A DNA stretch of 64,000 nucleotides from Octopus sinensis (lineage: Eukaryota): positions 13,825,360 to 13,889,359 of the forward strand of contig NC_043019.1 in the NCBI RefSeq assembly GCF_006345805.1, read 5' to 3'. Positions 1 to 13,857 of the stretch are shown one piece after another. Position numbers and translations under genes: made by a program. Within the stretch, counting starts at the first letter, position 1. Each line of letters opens with the position of its first letter. The notes beneath the pieces are model-generated. The model saw nothing but the letters and a program-made list of their open reading frames with translations, was not told the origin of the DNA and made no database searches.

Positions 1-914
1 CGTCGTAACCGACGGAGTGCCAGTGTATGTGTATGTGTGTGTGTGCGTGTGTGTGTGTGTGTTGCGTGTGTATGTGTTTCCATGTGTGTGTGTGTGTCTG
101 CGTTTTGTTTGGTGTATCTGACGGTGAACTGGGACGAAGAATAAAAGACAAACTTGTTATCTGTTCAAACATGCTTGGGGCCTTTCGAACCCGTAAGAAA
201 GCCTTTCACTGTGTTGTCATGAAAAAAAATTCTCGCTATTGATCTCGTGGTGTAAATAGATCGAATCAGCTCGTAGCGTCACCTGATTATACTGTGGGAT
301 GCATGCATTTCGGAGTAGCTATTCCCTCTTCAGCACCAGAAATCAGACAAGGCGACGCTGCGAGCTGATGCGCGGACCACATCTCTCTTATGATATTTCC
401 GTCACCATTCAATGACTGGTATCGCTACTCATTGGCTCATCGTAAATTTCCTATCGTTGCTTCAAACTTACTGCATTTCATGGTATATTTGACATACGTT
501 TCTTTCCGAAAACCTATCTCAAAGAAACCAACCCGCTCTGGGTCCTATAAGCGGAATTGCTCCTCTCATAAGCGAGTTACATCCCAGAATCTCACCACCA
601 TAGGCTAACTTTAAATAACCTAGAGACAGTCTTCTTTTACCAACATACAGTATTGGTTTTTGCTATGACTGAGGCATTTTTTGTAATGGTTTGTAACATC
701 CTGTTAAATAGCTTTAAATATTACATGCTTTAATACAAAAAAGATCTCTTTGTATTCTTACTGAATATGCACATCTGAAATTAGGGTGCGTCAAACATGC
801 CCGTGTGTTTTTCATGCTTTCACGTGCAGTATCTCTCCTTCAGGGATTGTACTTAGAACTATGCTCATGGACTATCGCATACGATATTTCTCTTTCTCTC
901 TTTACTCTTTTACT

Positions 915-1138
915 CTTATACACTTTTCTCTTTCACTTGTTTCAGTCATTTGACTGTGGCCATGCTGGAGCACCGCCTTTAGTCGAAGAAATCGACCCCA
1001 GGACTTATTCCTTGTAAGCCCAGTACTTATTCTTTCGGTCTCTTTTGCCGAAATGCTAAGTTACGAGGGCGTAAGCACACCACCATCGGTTATCAAGCGA
1101 TGCTGGGGGGACAAACACAGACACAAACATATACATAT

Positions 1139-1183
<45 letters not shown>

Positions 1184-1350
1184 CGACGGGTTTCTTTCAG
1201 TTTCCGTCTACCAAATCCACTCACAAGGCTTTGGTCGGCCCGAGGCTATAGTAGAAGACACTTGCCCAAGGTGCCACGCAGTGGGACTGAACAACCCGGA
1301 ATCATGTGGTTCGTAAGCAAGCTACTTACCACACAGCCACTCCTACGCCT
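915..1350 (-). mobile_element. SINE family A, full length
   Basis: Minus strand: A box tggctgtgtgg, B box ggttcagtccc, internal (TA)n(TG)n, (GAGTAAAA)n tail. About 20 related copies in the window. Confidence 0.85.
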
Positions 1351-2551
1351 CTCTTTCTCTCTCTTCCTCTCTCTGTCTCACTTTTCCATATGCACACTAT
1401 CGCAAACATATATGCACACACTAAATCGCCATTACAAACAGTTACATAAACATACATGTACACATACACACGCATACTCTCTCTCACACACACACTTATA
1501 CCCATATATAGAATATGGAAATTCGTAATGGCGAATTGTCAACGTTTTCAACTATAAAATGAAACTATACAGGGATTTTGAAGCATATAATATCTTTAAG
1601 TAAATAACGTAGGCATGCGATTAATCAATAGAAAGCATTAGAATTGACCATGATATAATATACATACATACACACACACATATGTATATGTATATATATG
1701 AATTTATGAATAATAATTACTATACACAATAAGGTCGAATCTCAGCGTCCCTGATGGCATGTTATCAATAAAGTTTATTGTTCCTATAAAGATATCAACA
1801 GATTTCTGGTTTAAAGTGACAACATATTACTGCGTGTGATATACAAAACTTAATGAATCATATGAGAATATGTTCATACAAGTCCAACCTCTCAGCTGAT
1901 CTTCACGGAGTTGACCCAAAGGAATATGCGCTTGGTTTTCTTATCTGAGTGACATTTCTGTCAAACATGCTTTACAGCGCTTCTAAAGATGCGAATTATT
2001 CCATTTACAGTTCAATGGTTAACGATTTTATTGTAAAGAATCGTCGGAGAGAAATATTATCTGCAACGTTTGGCTCTACAAAATGATGGGTGAGTTCTAT
2101 AGCTCGAAACAATATTGGTTGTTCGGAACATGAATTAAGATTTTCAGCATGGTAAATTAGCTTGGCAAAGTAGATAACCCTCTTCAAACTATCGTAGGAT
2201 TTTACTTTCGGTGCTGCAGGAAATCAATCCGTTGTCAACATGTGTTAACAATGATGTGTTTCGCTTACAGCAATAATCTCGGCTTACGCTGCAGCACTCA
2301 TAACAAGAACGCTCTGGTAAAATACATTTTTTTAAAAGCAGAATCTACTCATGTGTCATTTTTAATGTCTACGGTCTTTTTTTCTTTTTTCATATTCCGG
2401 ATAAAATCTAAGTTTATACAGTATAATTGTTTCGAAAGATATATTTTGTAAGAATAGCAAATTAGATAAAGGAAAGAGTGACAATCCTATCCTCGTAACG
2501 ACGCAAGCAAAACTTGGAATATAGGTACGGACTTGAGATGGGTTTATACAT

Positions 2552-2781
2552 AGGCGCAGGAGTGGCTGTGTGGTAAGTAGCTTGCTTACCAACCACATGG
2601 TTCCGCGTTCAGTCCCACTGCGTGGCACCTTGGGCAAGTATCTTCTACTATAGCCTCGGGCCGACCAAAGCCTTGTGAGTGGATTTGGTAGACGGAAACT
2701 GAAAGAAGCCCGTCGTATATATATATATATATATAGACGCAGGAGAGGTTGTGTAGTAAATAGCTTGCTTACCAGCCACAT
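2552..2781 (+). mobile_element. SINE-A 5' half plus a second partial head
   Basis: aggcgcaggagtggctgtgtgg...gaagcccgtcgt(AT)n, then a second degenerate head. Confidence 0.8.
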
Positions 2782-3287
2782 ATCGCAACTCATATATTTC
2801 TAAATATTTTAGTGATATCCCCATTAATTAAAGGCAAAGTCTTAGTTGCTATTTATCCCCAAGTGTGTGTGCGTGTGTGTGTGTGAGAGAGAGAGGGTGA
2901 AGAAAGAGTTTGCCACTTACACATACATGAGACCACAAACGTTCACTCTCACTCTTTGTCGCCACGTAGATACAAAAGAGATATGTAATCAAGTACATTC
3001 CAGTCTTGGCCATCCTGTTTGAATTTTGAAGACTAAATTATCCATTGTAACGTTCCGTATATTTTTGTGGGATGACTGAATGGCGTTTATGATACGATAT
3101 GGCGGGATTTATAACATATTAACTTATTGCTATGACTTGCAGAATAACCGACCTCTCAATGTTTCAAACAGATGGTCACGGTTGGATAAGGTCGTTTCTC
3201 CTGTCAAGGATTCACTGTTTGTAGTTGAAAAGATCTGGCAATTACTGACCATATGTAGCAGATACGATGTGCGTTCGTCCATTTTTA

Positions 3288-3853
3288 TTGGGTTGTCCGG
3301 AAAGTTCGTGCCGATTTATAGTAGCTTACCTTTCGATTTATTTTAGAACATGGTTGAATCCATAAAATAGGATTTCAGTACACCTCCATTTAGAGCACAG
3401 TTGAAACTAGCTCTTCGTGGAAGAAGGCTTATGTTCCTATAAACTGTGTTAATTCTGTAACCCTTTAAAATGGAAGATAAGAAAGTTCATTTTTGGCACT
3501 TGATGCTTTGGGAACCAGACAAAAATTACTGCAGCTCGGCTGGGATGTGTTACCCCACCCTCCATATTCACCAGATATTGCTCCTTTGGATTTTCACTTA
3601 TTCAGGTCTCTGCAGAATAGTCTTAATTGTAAAAATTTCAATTCTTTGGATGACGTAAAAAGATACCTTGATGAATTCTTTGCCATGAAGCCACCTCAAT
3701 TTTTGGAAGAGGGTATTTTTGAGAGAAAGGAAAAATGGAGACGCATTGTGCAACAAAATGGTTCATATTTGGTTGATTAAAAATGTAACGGCAAGTATCT
3801 ATTGAGCTTTTTCTTTCCTTTAAAAATCGGCACGAACTTTCCGGACAAGCCGA
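3288..3853 (+). mobile_element. Internally deleted mariner transposon (non-autonomous)
   Basis: 30-bp TIRs (ttgggttgtccggaaagttcgtgccgattt; right copy has 2 mismatches) flanked by TA. Transposase N-terminus MEDKKVHFWHLML is fused out of frame to the C-terminus LGTRQKLLQLGWDVLPHPPYSPDIAP(L)DFHLFRSLQN...NGSYLVD. Confidence 0.93.
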
Positions 3854-4393
3854 TATATATATTTGAACCACATTAAAAAAATAAACACTATAAAAAGACC
3901 ATTGCTTATCAAAGAAGAGCATTGAGATATAATTCTTTTAAAACATTTCTTTGGTGCCTCAATATATCTCAGTGGTTGGTTATATAGTTAAGCAAAAGAT
4001 AAGCTGTAATACATACGTACATGTAAAAAGTAGCTTTCAACGGAAATATTATCTTCTGCTTTTTACGCGATCCCTAGGGGAGGTCGACATGCAATTTAAA
4101 ACGGCACACTTTGCACTGGAACAAATCATTTGGATATTTTATGGTGCTTGTATATATTAGAGAAGAAGACATCAGGCAATTTATGGGGGAATCCTCTGAG
4201 CTGTAGTTTTATTTTTATGCTGATGTACATCTTTTTCTTAATATTAAACTTTATGATGGGGTATCTTTGTACTTCAATCTATATAACGCTGAGAACGATG
4301 TTACATTTTGTCCCTTCGTAGCCGATATAAATTTATCTAAAGTCTCATTAAAAGGAAATGCTGTTATTACAAACATACACTCAAACTCGACTC

Positions 4394-6070
<1,677 letters not shown>

Positions 6071-6729
6071 CAAGATTCAAATGTATGTATTCTCTTCATC
6101 TACAAAATTGCCTTGGCGTCTAGTAAAAATAATAATAAATGAAAAAAAAATTCCTCAGTTAAATTTCCATACATAAAATGGAAAGTAAACAGCAAGCGAA
6201 AATGTTAATGTTTAACAGTGATCAAGGCAAATTACTTCGTATTTATATGAATGAAGCAATATCTAGAATGACTTAGCCGTGTAAAGAGAGCGCCTTATCG
6301 ATTTGCATCGCATTGTTTAATGTTCACGTCTTTTTCTGTCAATTTATTTCTTTACTCTGGTTTACATTTCTTTCTTTTTCTATTCGGCGATATTTTATTT
6401 GAAGCCGAGAACTGTACGAAGGTGGATTGTCCTACTGAATAAATCACTTTTAAAGCTGCTAACATAAACAGCGTTTATATCAAGCGAACCAGAAATAGTT
6501 TCCTGCCTTGGTAATTTTTGCATATTACGCAACAGCATTTTTTTACTAATGGATTTGTGCAAGCTGATATCGTAAGTATTAGGTTTAAGCGGCAATGTGA
6601 GCTGGCAAGACGTTTGTAAATAGATGGTGAGTGCTGCTGATCGAGCAACCCAAGTTAAGCAGTTTCAATTCCTAGTCAAGACACCGTCATTTCGTTTCAA
6701 TGACTAATTCCACGGAGCAATATAACTTT

Positions 6730-6957
6730 CCTCTTTTACTCTTTTACTCGTTTCAGTCATTGACTACGACCATGCTGGAGCACCGCCTTTAGTCGAGCAA
6801 ATCGACCCCGGGACTTATTCTTTGTAAGCCCAGTACTAATTCTATCGGTCTCTTTTGCCGAACCGCGAAGTGATGGGGACATAAACACACCAGCATCGGT
6901 TGTCAAGCAATGCTAGGGGGACAAACGCAAAGAGACAGACAGACAGACACCCCCCCC

Positions 6958-6991
<34 letters not shown>

Positions 6992-7046
6992 TACGACGGA
7001 CGTCTTTGAGTTTCCGTCTACTAAATCTATTCACAAGGTTTTGGTA
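6730..7046 (-). mobile_element. SINE-A truncated by the PLE fragment
   Basis: Family-A 3' body and microsatellite; breaks at cacaaggttttggt. Confidence 0.8.
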
Positions 7047-7050
7047 GGCA

Positions 7051-7320
7051 TTCAACAATAAGAGACATTCAACATCTTTGCCCGATTCTATGTGGTGACT
7101 GAAGGAAGATAATATGAAGTATAACATAACTTGGTCCTTAGTAAGGCACGCAAAACCATACAATATCATTTCCAGGAGATGCCGATTCTGTGCCGAGAAA
7201 TCCCTGTCAATTCTGTGGACCAATGAGTAGATCATTAATAGAATTTCTGAAAGACTCTCAAGATGCCTACACGCATATAAATGTACTTTCGCACAATGCA
7301 GTGGGAATGAATTTGGGTAA
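7051..7320 (+). mobile_element. Decayed Penelope-like element, C-terminal end of GIY-YIG ORF
   Basis: One frame with 2 internal stops: FNNKRHSTSLPDSMW*LKEDNMKYNITWSLVRHAKPYNIISRRCRFCAEKSLSILWTNE*IINRISERLSRCLHAYK. Matches the W-LK...W-I...A-PY...C-xC-EK...N-RSE...C-H-K pattern I recall from one PLE lineage. Interrupts a SINE-A copy. Confidence 0.6.
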
Positions 7321-7589
7321 CTTAACATAATTTATTTTAAGGTATCGATGCATTAAGTTTAGCTTTAACCTCCCCATTCTTATAAACAACATGTAGTTTT
7401 TCAACTCGCTCTGTTATTGTGAGTGCACAAAGCCACACGTGTGTGTATGCATATATTTTCCTGGATGTTTGTATGAGCGAATATACACTCGCATAAGATT
7501 TGCAGACGAAATATAACCAGTCACCGGGACCTTATTTGGTGACCGAGCGTGTGGCAAAAGTGTTCTGTAAGCTTTTGTCATTTAAATCC

Positions 7590-7970
7590 GTGGAGGCGCA
7601 ATGGCCCAGTGGTTAGGGCAGCGGACTCGCGGTCGTAGGATCGCGGTTTCGATTCCCAGACCGGCGTTGTGTGTTTATTGAGCGAAAACACCTAAAGCTC
7701 CACGAGGCTCCGGCAGGGGATGGTGGTGATCCCTGCTGTACTCTTTCACCACAACTTTCTCTCATTCTTACTTCCTGTTTCTGTTGTACCCGTATTTCAA
7801 AGGGGTGAGCCTTGTCACTCTCTGTGTCACGCTGAATATCCCCGAGAACTATGTTAAGGGTACACGTGTCTGTGGAGTGCTCAGCCAACTTGCACGTTAA
7901 TTTCACGAGCAGGCTGTTCCGTTGATCGGATCAACCGGAACCCTCGTCGTCGTAACTGACGGAGTGCTTC
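7590..7970 (+). mobile_element. tRNA-derived SINE group C, full length with 11-bp TSD
   Basis: A box tggcccagtgg, B-box-like ggtttcgattccc. TSD catttaaatcc at 7579-7589 and 7971-7981. The 3' end of another copy is at 1-22. Confidence 0.88.
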
Positions 7971-8419
7971 CATTTAAATCCTATGACGTGCTGATGTTTC
8001 ACTATAATATTGGACGGTTATGGTCTGACAAGATAAGTCAGCCATCATTTATGCATGTATCTAATAGCAGAGGTGTCATTTATATTTCTTTCATAGCTTT
8101 CCTGTGCATTGCATTGAAAGGTGTTTTAGAAATATCAGATCGTGGTTTGGAGACAGAACCCTGATAACATGTTTAGGCAACGTCAATCCTTCACATGATT
8201 GACAGTGGTGAGTGAATCTAGGGAATATAAGGGTTTCGCTACCCTCTTTATTCATTAAATATTTCGTAGCTATTCCCGGCTTTTTTGATTGCTAAAGCGT
8301 TGCTTTCGATATGTGACGAGATAGAAAGGCCGCGAGTTTTCAAGAGTGGCTACACTACATTGTAAAGATCTCAATCATTTTCGTGTTTACACGAAACATA
8401 TCTATGCTTAACCATTTCT

Positions 8420-8790
8420 TTTCGTATGAGATATGCTAACCCTGCAATTCTGGAAGAGAGTGTTCGATGAGAAGGTCACTACTAAAACGAAGGATGTTTA
8501 TCATTTCTTTTTGAAAACTACGTACTATTCTCCTGCGCACAATTGAGAACTAGCCAGGTTTACGGTACTTTCGTATCTGTAGAGATAATCGCGAACAAAC
8601 ATTGCACTCTTGGTACCATTGCCAGATGATCATGGAAACACTTCTAGAGCAGACAAGCCAATTACGAGTGATATTAAGAGAAGTCTTGCCTACCAATGTA
8701 TACAGTGACTTTCTTTGCCCTTGGTATTGGGAAGACACTCGGCAAGAAATGGATGCAAAATTAAGAAAACATTTTTTAAAAATACTCATA
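8420..8790 (+). mobile_element. Highly decayed L1/Tx1-type LINE remnant (zf-RVT region)
   Basis: WKRVFDEKVTTKTKDVYHFFLK, then after a frameshift FRICRDNREQTLHSWYHC (CX2CX8HX4C with first Cys as Phe). Confidence 0.4.
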
Positions 8791-8859
8791 GTAATAATAT
8801 CAATAATAAAAATTTATAAAGTATGACCTAACGTTTCACGAAGGTTATTATTATTTGCT

Positions 8860-8992
8860 AACATAACAATAATAATAATAATAATAATAATTAATAATAA
8901 ATAATAATAATAATAATAATAATAACATCTACAACAATAATAATAGGAACAACAACAATAATAATAATAATAATATTGAAAATAATAATAAC

Positions 8993-9024
<32 letters not shown>

Positions 9025-9482
9025 TAATAATAAGGAGAAGAAGAAGATTAATAATAATAGTGATGATGATGATGATGATGACGATGATGATGATGATGAT
9101 GATATAGCAGCGGCAAAGTGGCAAATGTCTTCGTCTGCAAACAGAAGCTGAAACATTTCTCAATGTGAAATAAATTATTTTGCCGTGAGGAAGGAGAGTT
9201 TAAAGATTGAATATTTGATAAGATTTCAATAAATAGTTTATCTGTTAAAACCTTTAACACATTGAGGCTGGAGAATCATTTTATTTCGTATTTGGCTTAC
9301 AGCTGTGTGAGAAATTCGTTTAACACAACCACATCGTGTCAGAATAGTTTCGTAGACAATGGTGTCCCTCGTTTATTGTTGCTTTAGCTTTCGATGTTGG
9401 ACTGTGCGCACAGATGGCGGAAAGATATTTATAAAGACATAAACAGATATTGTTATAGGAATGAATATGTAGTTAGACGTTC

Positions 9483-9546
<64 letters not shown>

Positions 9547-9651
9547 GGAGGAATAGGTAGATAGACAGCCAGATAGACAGACAGACAGATGGAGAAGAGA
9601 GAGTTTGATAGATAGGTAGACATACTGAGAGACAGAGAACAGAGAATAGAC

Positions 9652-9695
<44 letters not shown>

Positions 9696-9710
9696 GGATA
9701 GACAGGTAGA

Positions 9711-9742
<32 letters not shown>

Positions 9743-9775
9743 GGTATAGAGAGACAGACAGCTGGATAGACGCAT
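8860..9775. repeat. (AAT)n, (GAT)n and (GATA)n microsatellites
   Basis: (AAT)n ~8860-9060, (GAT)n ~9060-9100, (GATA)n ~9485-9770. Confidence 0.9.
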
Positions 9776-10086
9776 ATTTCATCGACTCCGAAAGGATGAA
9801 ATGTGAAGTCGACCTCAGCGGAATTTGAACTCAGAATGTAGCAGGAGATGAAATACCCATTTCTTTACTGCCCACCAGGGGCTAAACACAGAGAGGACAA
9901 ACAAGGACAGACACACGATTAAGTCGATTACATTGACCCCAGTGTGTAACTGGTACTTAATTTATCGACCCCGAAAGGATGAAAGGCAAAGTCGACCTCG
10001 GTGGAATTTGAACCCAGAACGTAACGGCAGGCGAAATACCGCTAAGCATTTTGCCCGGCGTGCTAACGTTTCTGCCAGCTCGCCGC
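9775..10086 (-). mobile_element. SINE family B, dimer
   Basis: Head gcggcgagctggcagaaacgttagcacgccggg, B-box-like gagttcaaattcc, body gaggtcgactttgcctttcatcctttcggggtcgat; two bodies. Confidence 0.8.
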
Positions 10087-10138
10087 ATTCATGTAACAAG
10101 AAATAGCGTACCATGATATTGTCTACACCAAACGCATA

Positions 10139-10353
10139 TACTCTTTTACTTCTTTCAGTCATCTGACTGCGGCCATGCTGGAGCACCGCCTTTAATCGAG
10201 CAACTCGACCCCGGGACTTATTCTTTTGTAAGCCCAGTACTTATTCTATCGGTCTCGTTTGCCGAACCGCTAAGTAACGGAGACATAAACACACCAGCAT
10301 CGGTTGTCAAGCAATGCTAGGGGGACAAACACAGACACACAAACACACACACG
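10139..10353 (-). mobile_element. SINE-A 3' half, split by the PLE insertion
   Basis: Ends in its CA repeat; the continuation acgacgggctt reappears after the PLE at ~12210. Confidence 0.8.
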
Positions 10354-11549
10354 CATCAACTTCTCTTCCTCCCACCCAGAACTTCTCTTCCTCCCACCCA
10401 GAACACACCAAGCTTTCCATCCCCTATTCCCAATTCCTCCGTCTACGTAGGCTCTGTAGTGACGACCATGACTTTGAGACTCAGTCTCAACGTATGGCTC
10501 ACCACTTCACCCTACGTGGATACCCCCTCACCACTATCCACACCGCCCTTGCCAGAGCACGGTCCGTGGACCGTGTATCTGCTCTCTCTCCCCGAACCCG
10601 CCCTGTAGTCTCCCGCCTCCCTTTTCCCTCACTTACCACCCCACGACCCTACGTCTCCAACGCACCATTCTTCGAGCTTTCGTCATCTCCAGTCCGACCC
10701 GTCCACTTCACACCTCTTCCCTAACCGACCCCTCCCCTCTTTCAAACGAGCCCACAACCTTCGAGACCTTTTGGTCCATAGCTCCTTCCCTGACCCTACC
10801 TCCCAACCGGCTCGTTCCCCTGCTCCCGCCCACGTTGCCGCACTTGCCCTACCTCTCCAACACCACCCGCCTCACTAGCACCCACCATCGACCCTATCCC
10901 ATCATCCACTCCTTCACCTGCACCTCCAGCAATATTATCTATGCATCTCTTGCTCTCTCTGCAATTCCTTGTACATCGGACAAACGGGACGCCGCTTGGC
11001 TGACCGGTTCGCGGAACACCTTCGTGACATCCACCTTGCGAACGACACACCGGTCTCACGCCATTCCGCTCCACCGGTCACTCCTTGCAACACCTATCTG
11101 TGTTCGGTTTGTCCTTACCACAGAGGCCATCCGGATTCCCGTTTGCGCCGTGAACAGGAATTAATCTTCTCTCTTCGCTCTTATACGCCATTTGGTCTCA
11201 ACTCTCCCCCTCCTCATCTAACCCCCCTCTCCCCCTCCTCACCTATCCTTTCTCCCCCCGACCCTACTTCTTCAGTCCTTCATCCTTTCACCCCTACTCC
11301 CCTTCCCTTCTTCCCTCTTTCTCCCTCCCTCTTCCCCCTTCCCTCTGCTCCCTCACTCCCTCTCTCCCTTCTCTCTCTCCCCCTCTCCCTCTTTCCTCCT
11401 TCATCCCCCTCCTCACCTTCCTTCTCCCCCATCGTCTCCTCTTCCCTTCTCCTCCCCCTCTTCTTCCCCTCCCCTTCTCTCCCCCTCTTCTCCTCACTAC
11501 ACCACATGACTTTACACATCACATCACATATGATGTGCATACTAATACA

Positions 11550-11880
11550 CACACAAACTAATACATACTAATACGTACTAATACATACTAGTACATACTA
11601 ATACTTACACCAACCCTATACATACACACGTCCAGACCCCGCATACGCACTTATACTCTCTCAACACACACACACACACACACCTATACATACCAATACG
11701 TACTAATACATACTATACATACTAATACATACACACCAAACCCATACATACGCACGTCCAGACCAATCTTACGCACTATACTCTCTCATACATACACACA
11801 CACACACACACACACACCTTTATACATACTAATACATACACCAACCCTATACATACACACATCCAGACCCCTCCACGCAC
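11550..11880 (+). repeat. ~125-bp tandem triplication inside the PLE 3' region
   Basis: tactaatacatacacc..accc.atacatacacacgtccagacc recurs three times. Confidence 0.75.
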
Positions 11881-12048
11881 TTTTAGCTGGTCCCTCAACC
11901 CTTTTATCAACCCTATTATCTCCCCTTATTTCGCTCTCGCGTCTCATGTTTGATCTTTGACCTTGGCCGAAATCAGATCGCCATGTGATTCGTTAGCTAC
12001 TGCACGCATTTTTTTCTCCTTCTTTCTGTGTTTTTCTCTCTCTGTGTA

Positions 12049-12087
12049 TCTTTCTGTTGAAGAGCGTAGGCTCGAAACGTTAAAGAC
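12049..12087 (+). ncRNA. Minimal type-I hammerhead-like motif in PLE 3' region (variant core)
   Basis: tcttt-CTGTTGA-a-gagc gtag gctc-GAAAC-GTT-aaaga. Stem I tcttt/aaaga, 4-bp stem II, palindromic ACGT helix III. Core position 6 is U rather than A. Confidence 0.6.
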
Positions 12088-12487
12088 TTGTTTTATTTAT
12101 ATTTCCTGAGCGCCATACTAATACAATTGTTCGTTTGTTTTCCACCTGCCTTCGTCTTTTGTTTATTTTCATAAAGCTTCCCGTTATATATATATATATA
12201 TATACATATATACGACGGGCTTGTTTAGAAAGTATTCGTTATTTTCTGTGTTTTAATTTCACATCTGATTCTGACTTGCTAAATTCTGAAACCTTCATGC
12301 CTTATCGCTAAATCACAGTAGCTTCTCATGCCTTCATGATGCAATTCATCATAATTTCCTTATCTATGTTTTCCTGTTGTAATTGGTAATTGAGCGTTGA
12401 AGAGGCCGCAAAATTAACCCTTTCCTCGTCTGATAGTCTTTGACAGCGCAGCATCAGTGGAATCTGCTGAATGACTAAATAAGCGAA

Positions 12488-12888
12488 TTTACTCTTTTAC
12501 TTGTTTCAGTCATTTGACTGCGGCCATGCTGGAGCACCGCCTTTAGTCGATCAAATCGACCCCGGGACTTATTCTTTGTAAGCCCAGTACTTATTCTATC
12601 GGTCTTTTTTGCCGAACCGCTAGGTGACGGGGACGTAAACACACCAGCATCGGTTGTCAAGCAATGCTAGGGGGACAAACACAGACACACAAACACACAA
12701 ACACACATACACATATACATATATACGACAGGCTTCTTTCAGTTTCCGTCTACCAAATCCACTCACAAGGCATTGGTCGGCCCGGGGCTATAGCAGAAGA
12801 CACTTGCCCAAGATGCCACGCAGTGGGACTGAACCCGGAACCATGTGGTAGGTTAGCAAGCTACTTACCACACAGCCACTCCTGCGCC
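12488..12888 (-). mobile_element. SINE-A, full length
   Basis: Near-consensus copy. Further minus-strand copies at ~13891-14269, 18015-18385, 22733-23138, 56635-57058. Confidence 0.85.
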
Positions 12889-13203
12889 GAATTTATTTAT
12901 TTATTTATTATATTATGCTTCTTGCAGTCATTGGACTGCGGCCATGCTGAGGCACTGCCTTCAAGGAGTTAGTCAAATCGACTGCAGTCATTGTTTTTTT
13001 TTTCACTCTGGTGCTTATTCTATTAGTTTCTTTTGTCGAACCACTATGTTACAGGGACGTAAACAAAACAACTATATGTAAATATATAGTTCAGATTTAT
13101 TAAAAAAAAGCAAATGACGAAGACAGGTGTGTATGACCAACAAGCAAGTGTATTAGTTTGGCGCTCGGGAAAGGGAAAATGTCTTTTACAATCATATATA
13201 TAT

Positions 13204-13599
13204 CTAGCCGTATCGCCCGGCGTTGCTCGGGTTTGTAAGGGAAATAACTATAAAGCATTTTTAGAGAGTTATAGCCAAAAAATAGCATAAATGCATTAAA
13301 AGTGGAAAAAAAATGATGGTAATTTTTTTTTAAATCGTTGACTCATCGTAGACATTTTTAGAGAGTTACTTCCCTTATATAATAGCGAAAAAATGCATTA
13401 AAATGGAAAAAAATTATGGTAAATTTTTTTTAAATCGTAGACTCATCGTAGATGTGCGCTGATATCCAGAAGGGCTCGAAATGAATCACGACTATAAGAT
13501 ACCCGGTTTTGGTTAAACTGCACCGCAAAATGTGGGAGTAGTTAGGAATCTAAATCGTAGGAGACAGACACCACACAACCTCACTTTTATATATAAAGA
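13204..13599 (-). mobile_element. Non-autonomous Helitron-type element
   Basis: Minus strand: A|TC-tttatatataaaag 5' end; 3' cccg-agcaacgc-cggg hairpin then cgatacggCTAG (next base A, not the expected T). Internal ~100-bp tandem duplication at ~13256-13452. Confidence 0.7.
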
Positions 13600-13819
13600 T
13601 ATTCTCTCTCTGTTTATTTTCTCTTATCCCTTTATTGTTCAGGCTCGAATTGTAAAAGACTTGTAAAAGTGAATGTTTTGATGACCCGATAACTGAAGAG
13701 ATGCCGGTGCGGCTTTCCGCCTCGACATCCGAAACTCGGAGTATCATGGCTACCGAATAATTGTCACATATTATATTTACAGATATATATATATATGTAT
13801 ACATACATACATACATAAG

Positions 13820-13857
<38 letters not shown>

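Larger units (their letters stand above)
10354..12185 (+). mobile_element. 5'-truncated Penelope-like retroelement (Neptune-type), frameshifted
   Basis: RT thumb region SIPYSQFLRLRRLCSDDHDF...RGYP; Cys linker CSRPRCRTCP; GIY-YIG FTCTSSNIIY(C)ISCSLCNSLYIGQTGRRLADRFAEHLRDI...EQELIFSLRSYTPFGLN (read across single-base indels). 3' pLTR-like region ends in (TA)n. Confidence 0.9.

Noticed and set aside
2005-2220. Complex-looking minus-strand frame (PAAPKVKSYDSLKRVIYFAKL...)
   Set aside because: No recognisable domain and no convincing splice sites.
7590-7670. tRNA genes at SINE heads
   Set aside because: A and B boxes are present but there is no complete cloverleaf or acceptor stem; each continues into a SINE body.
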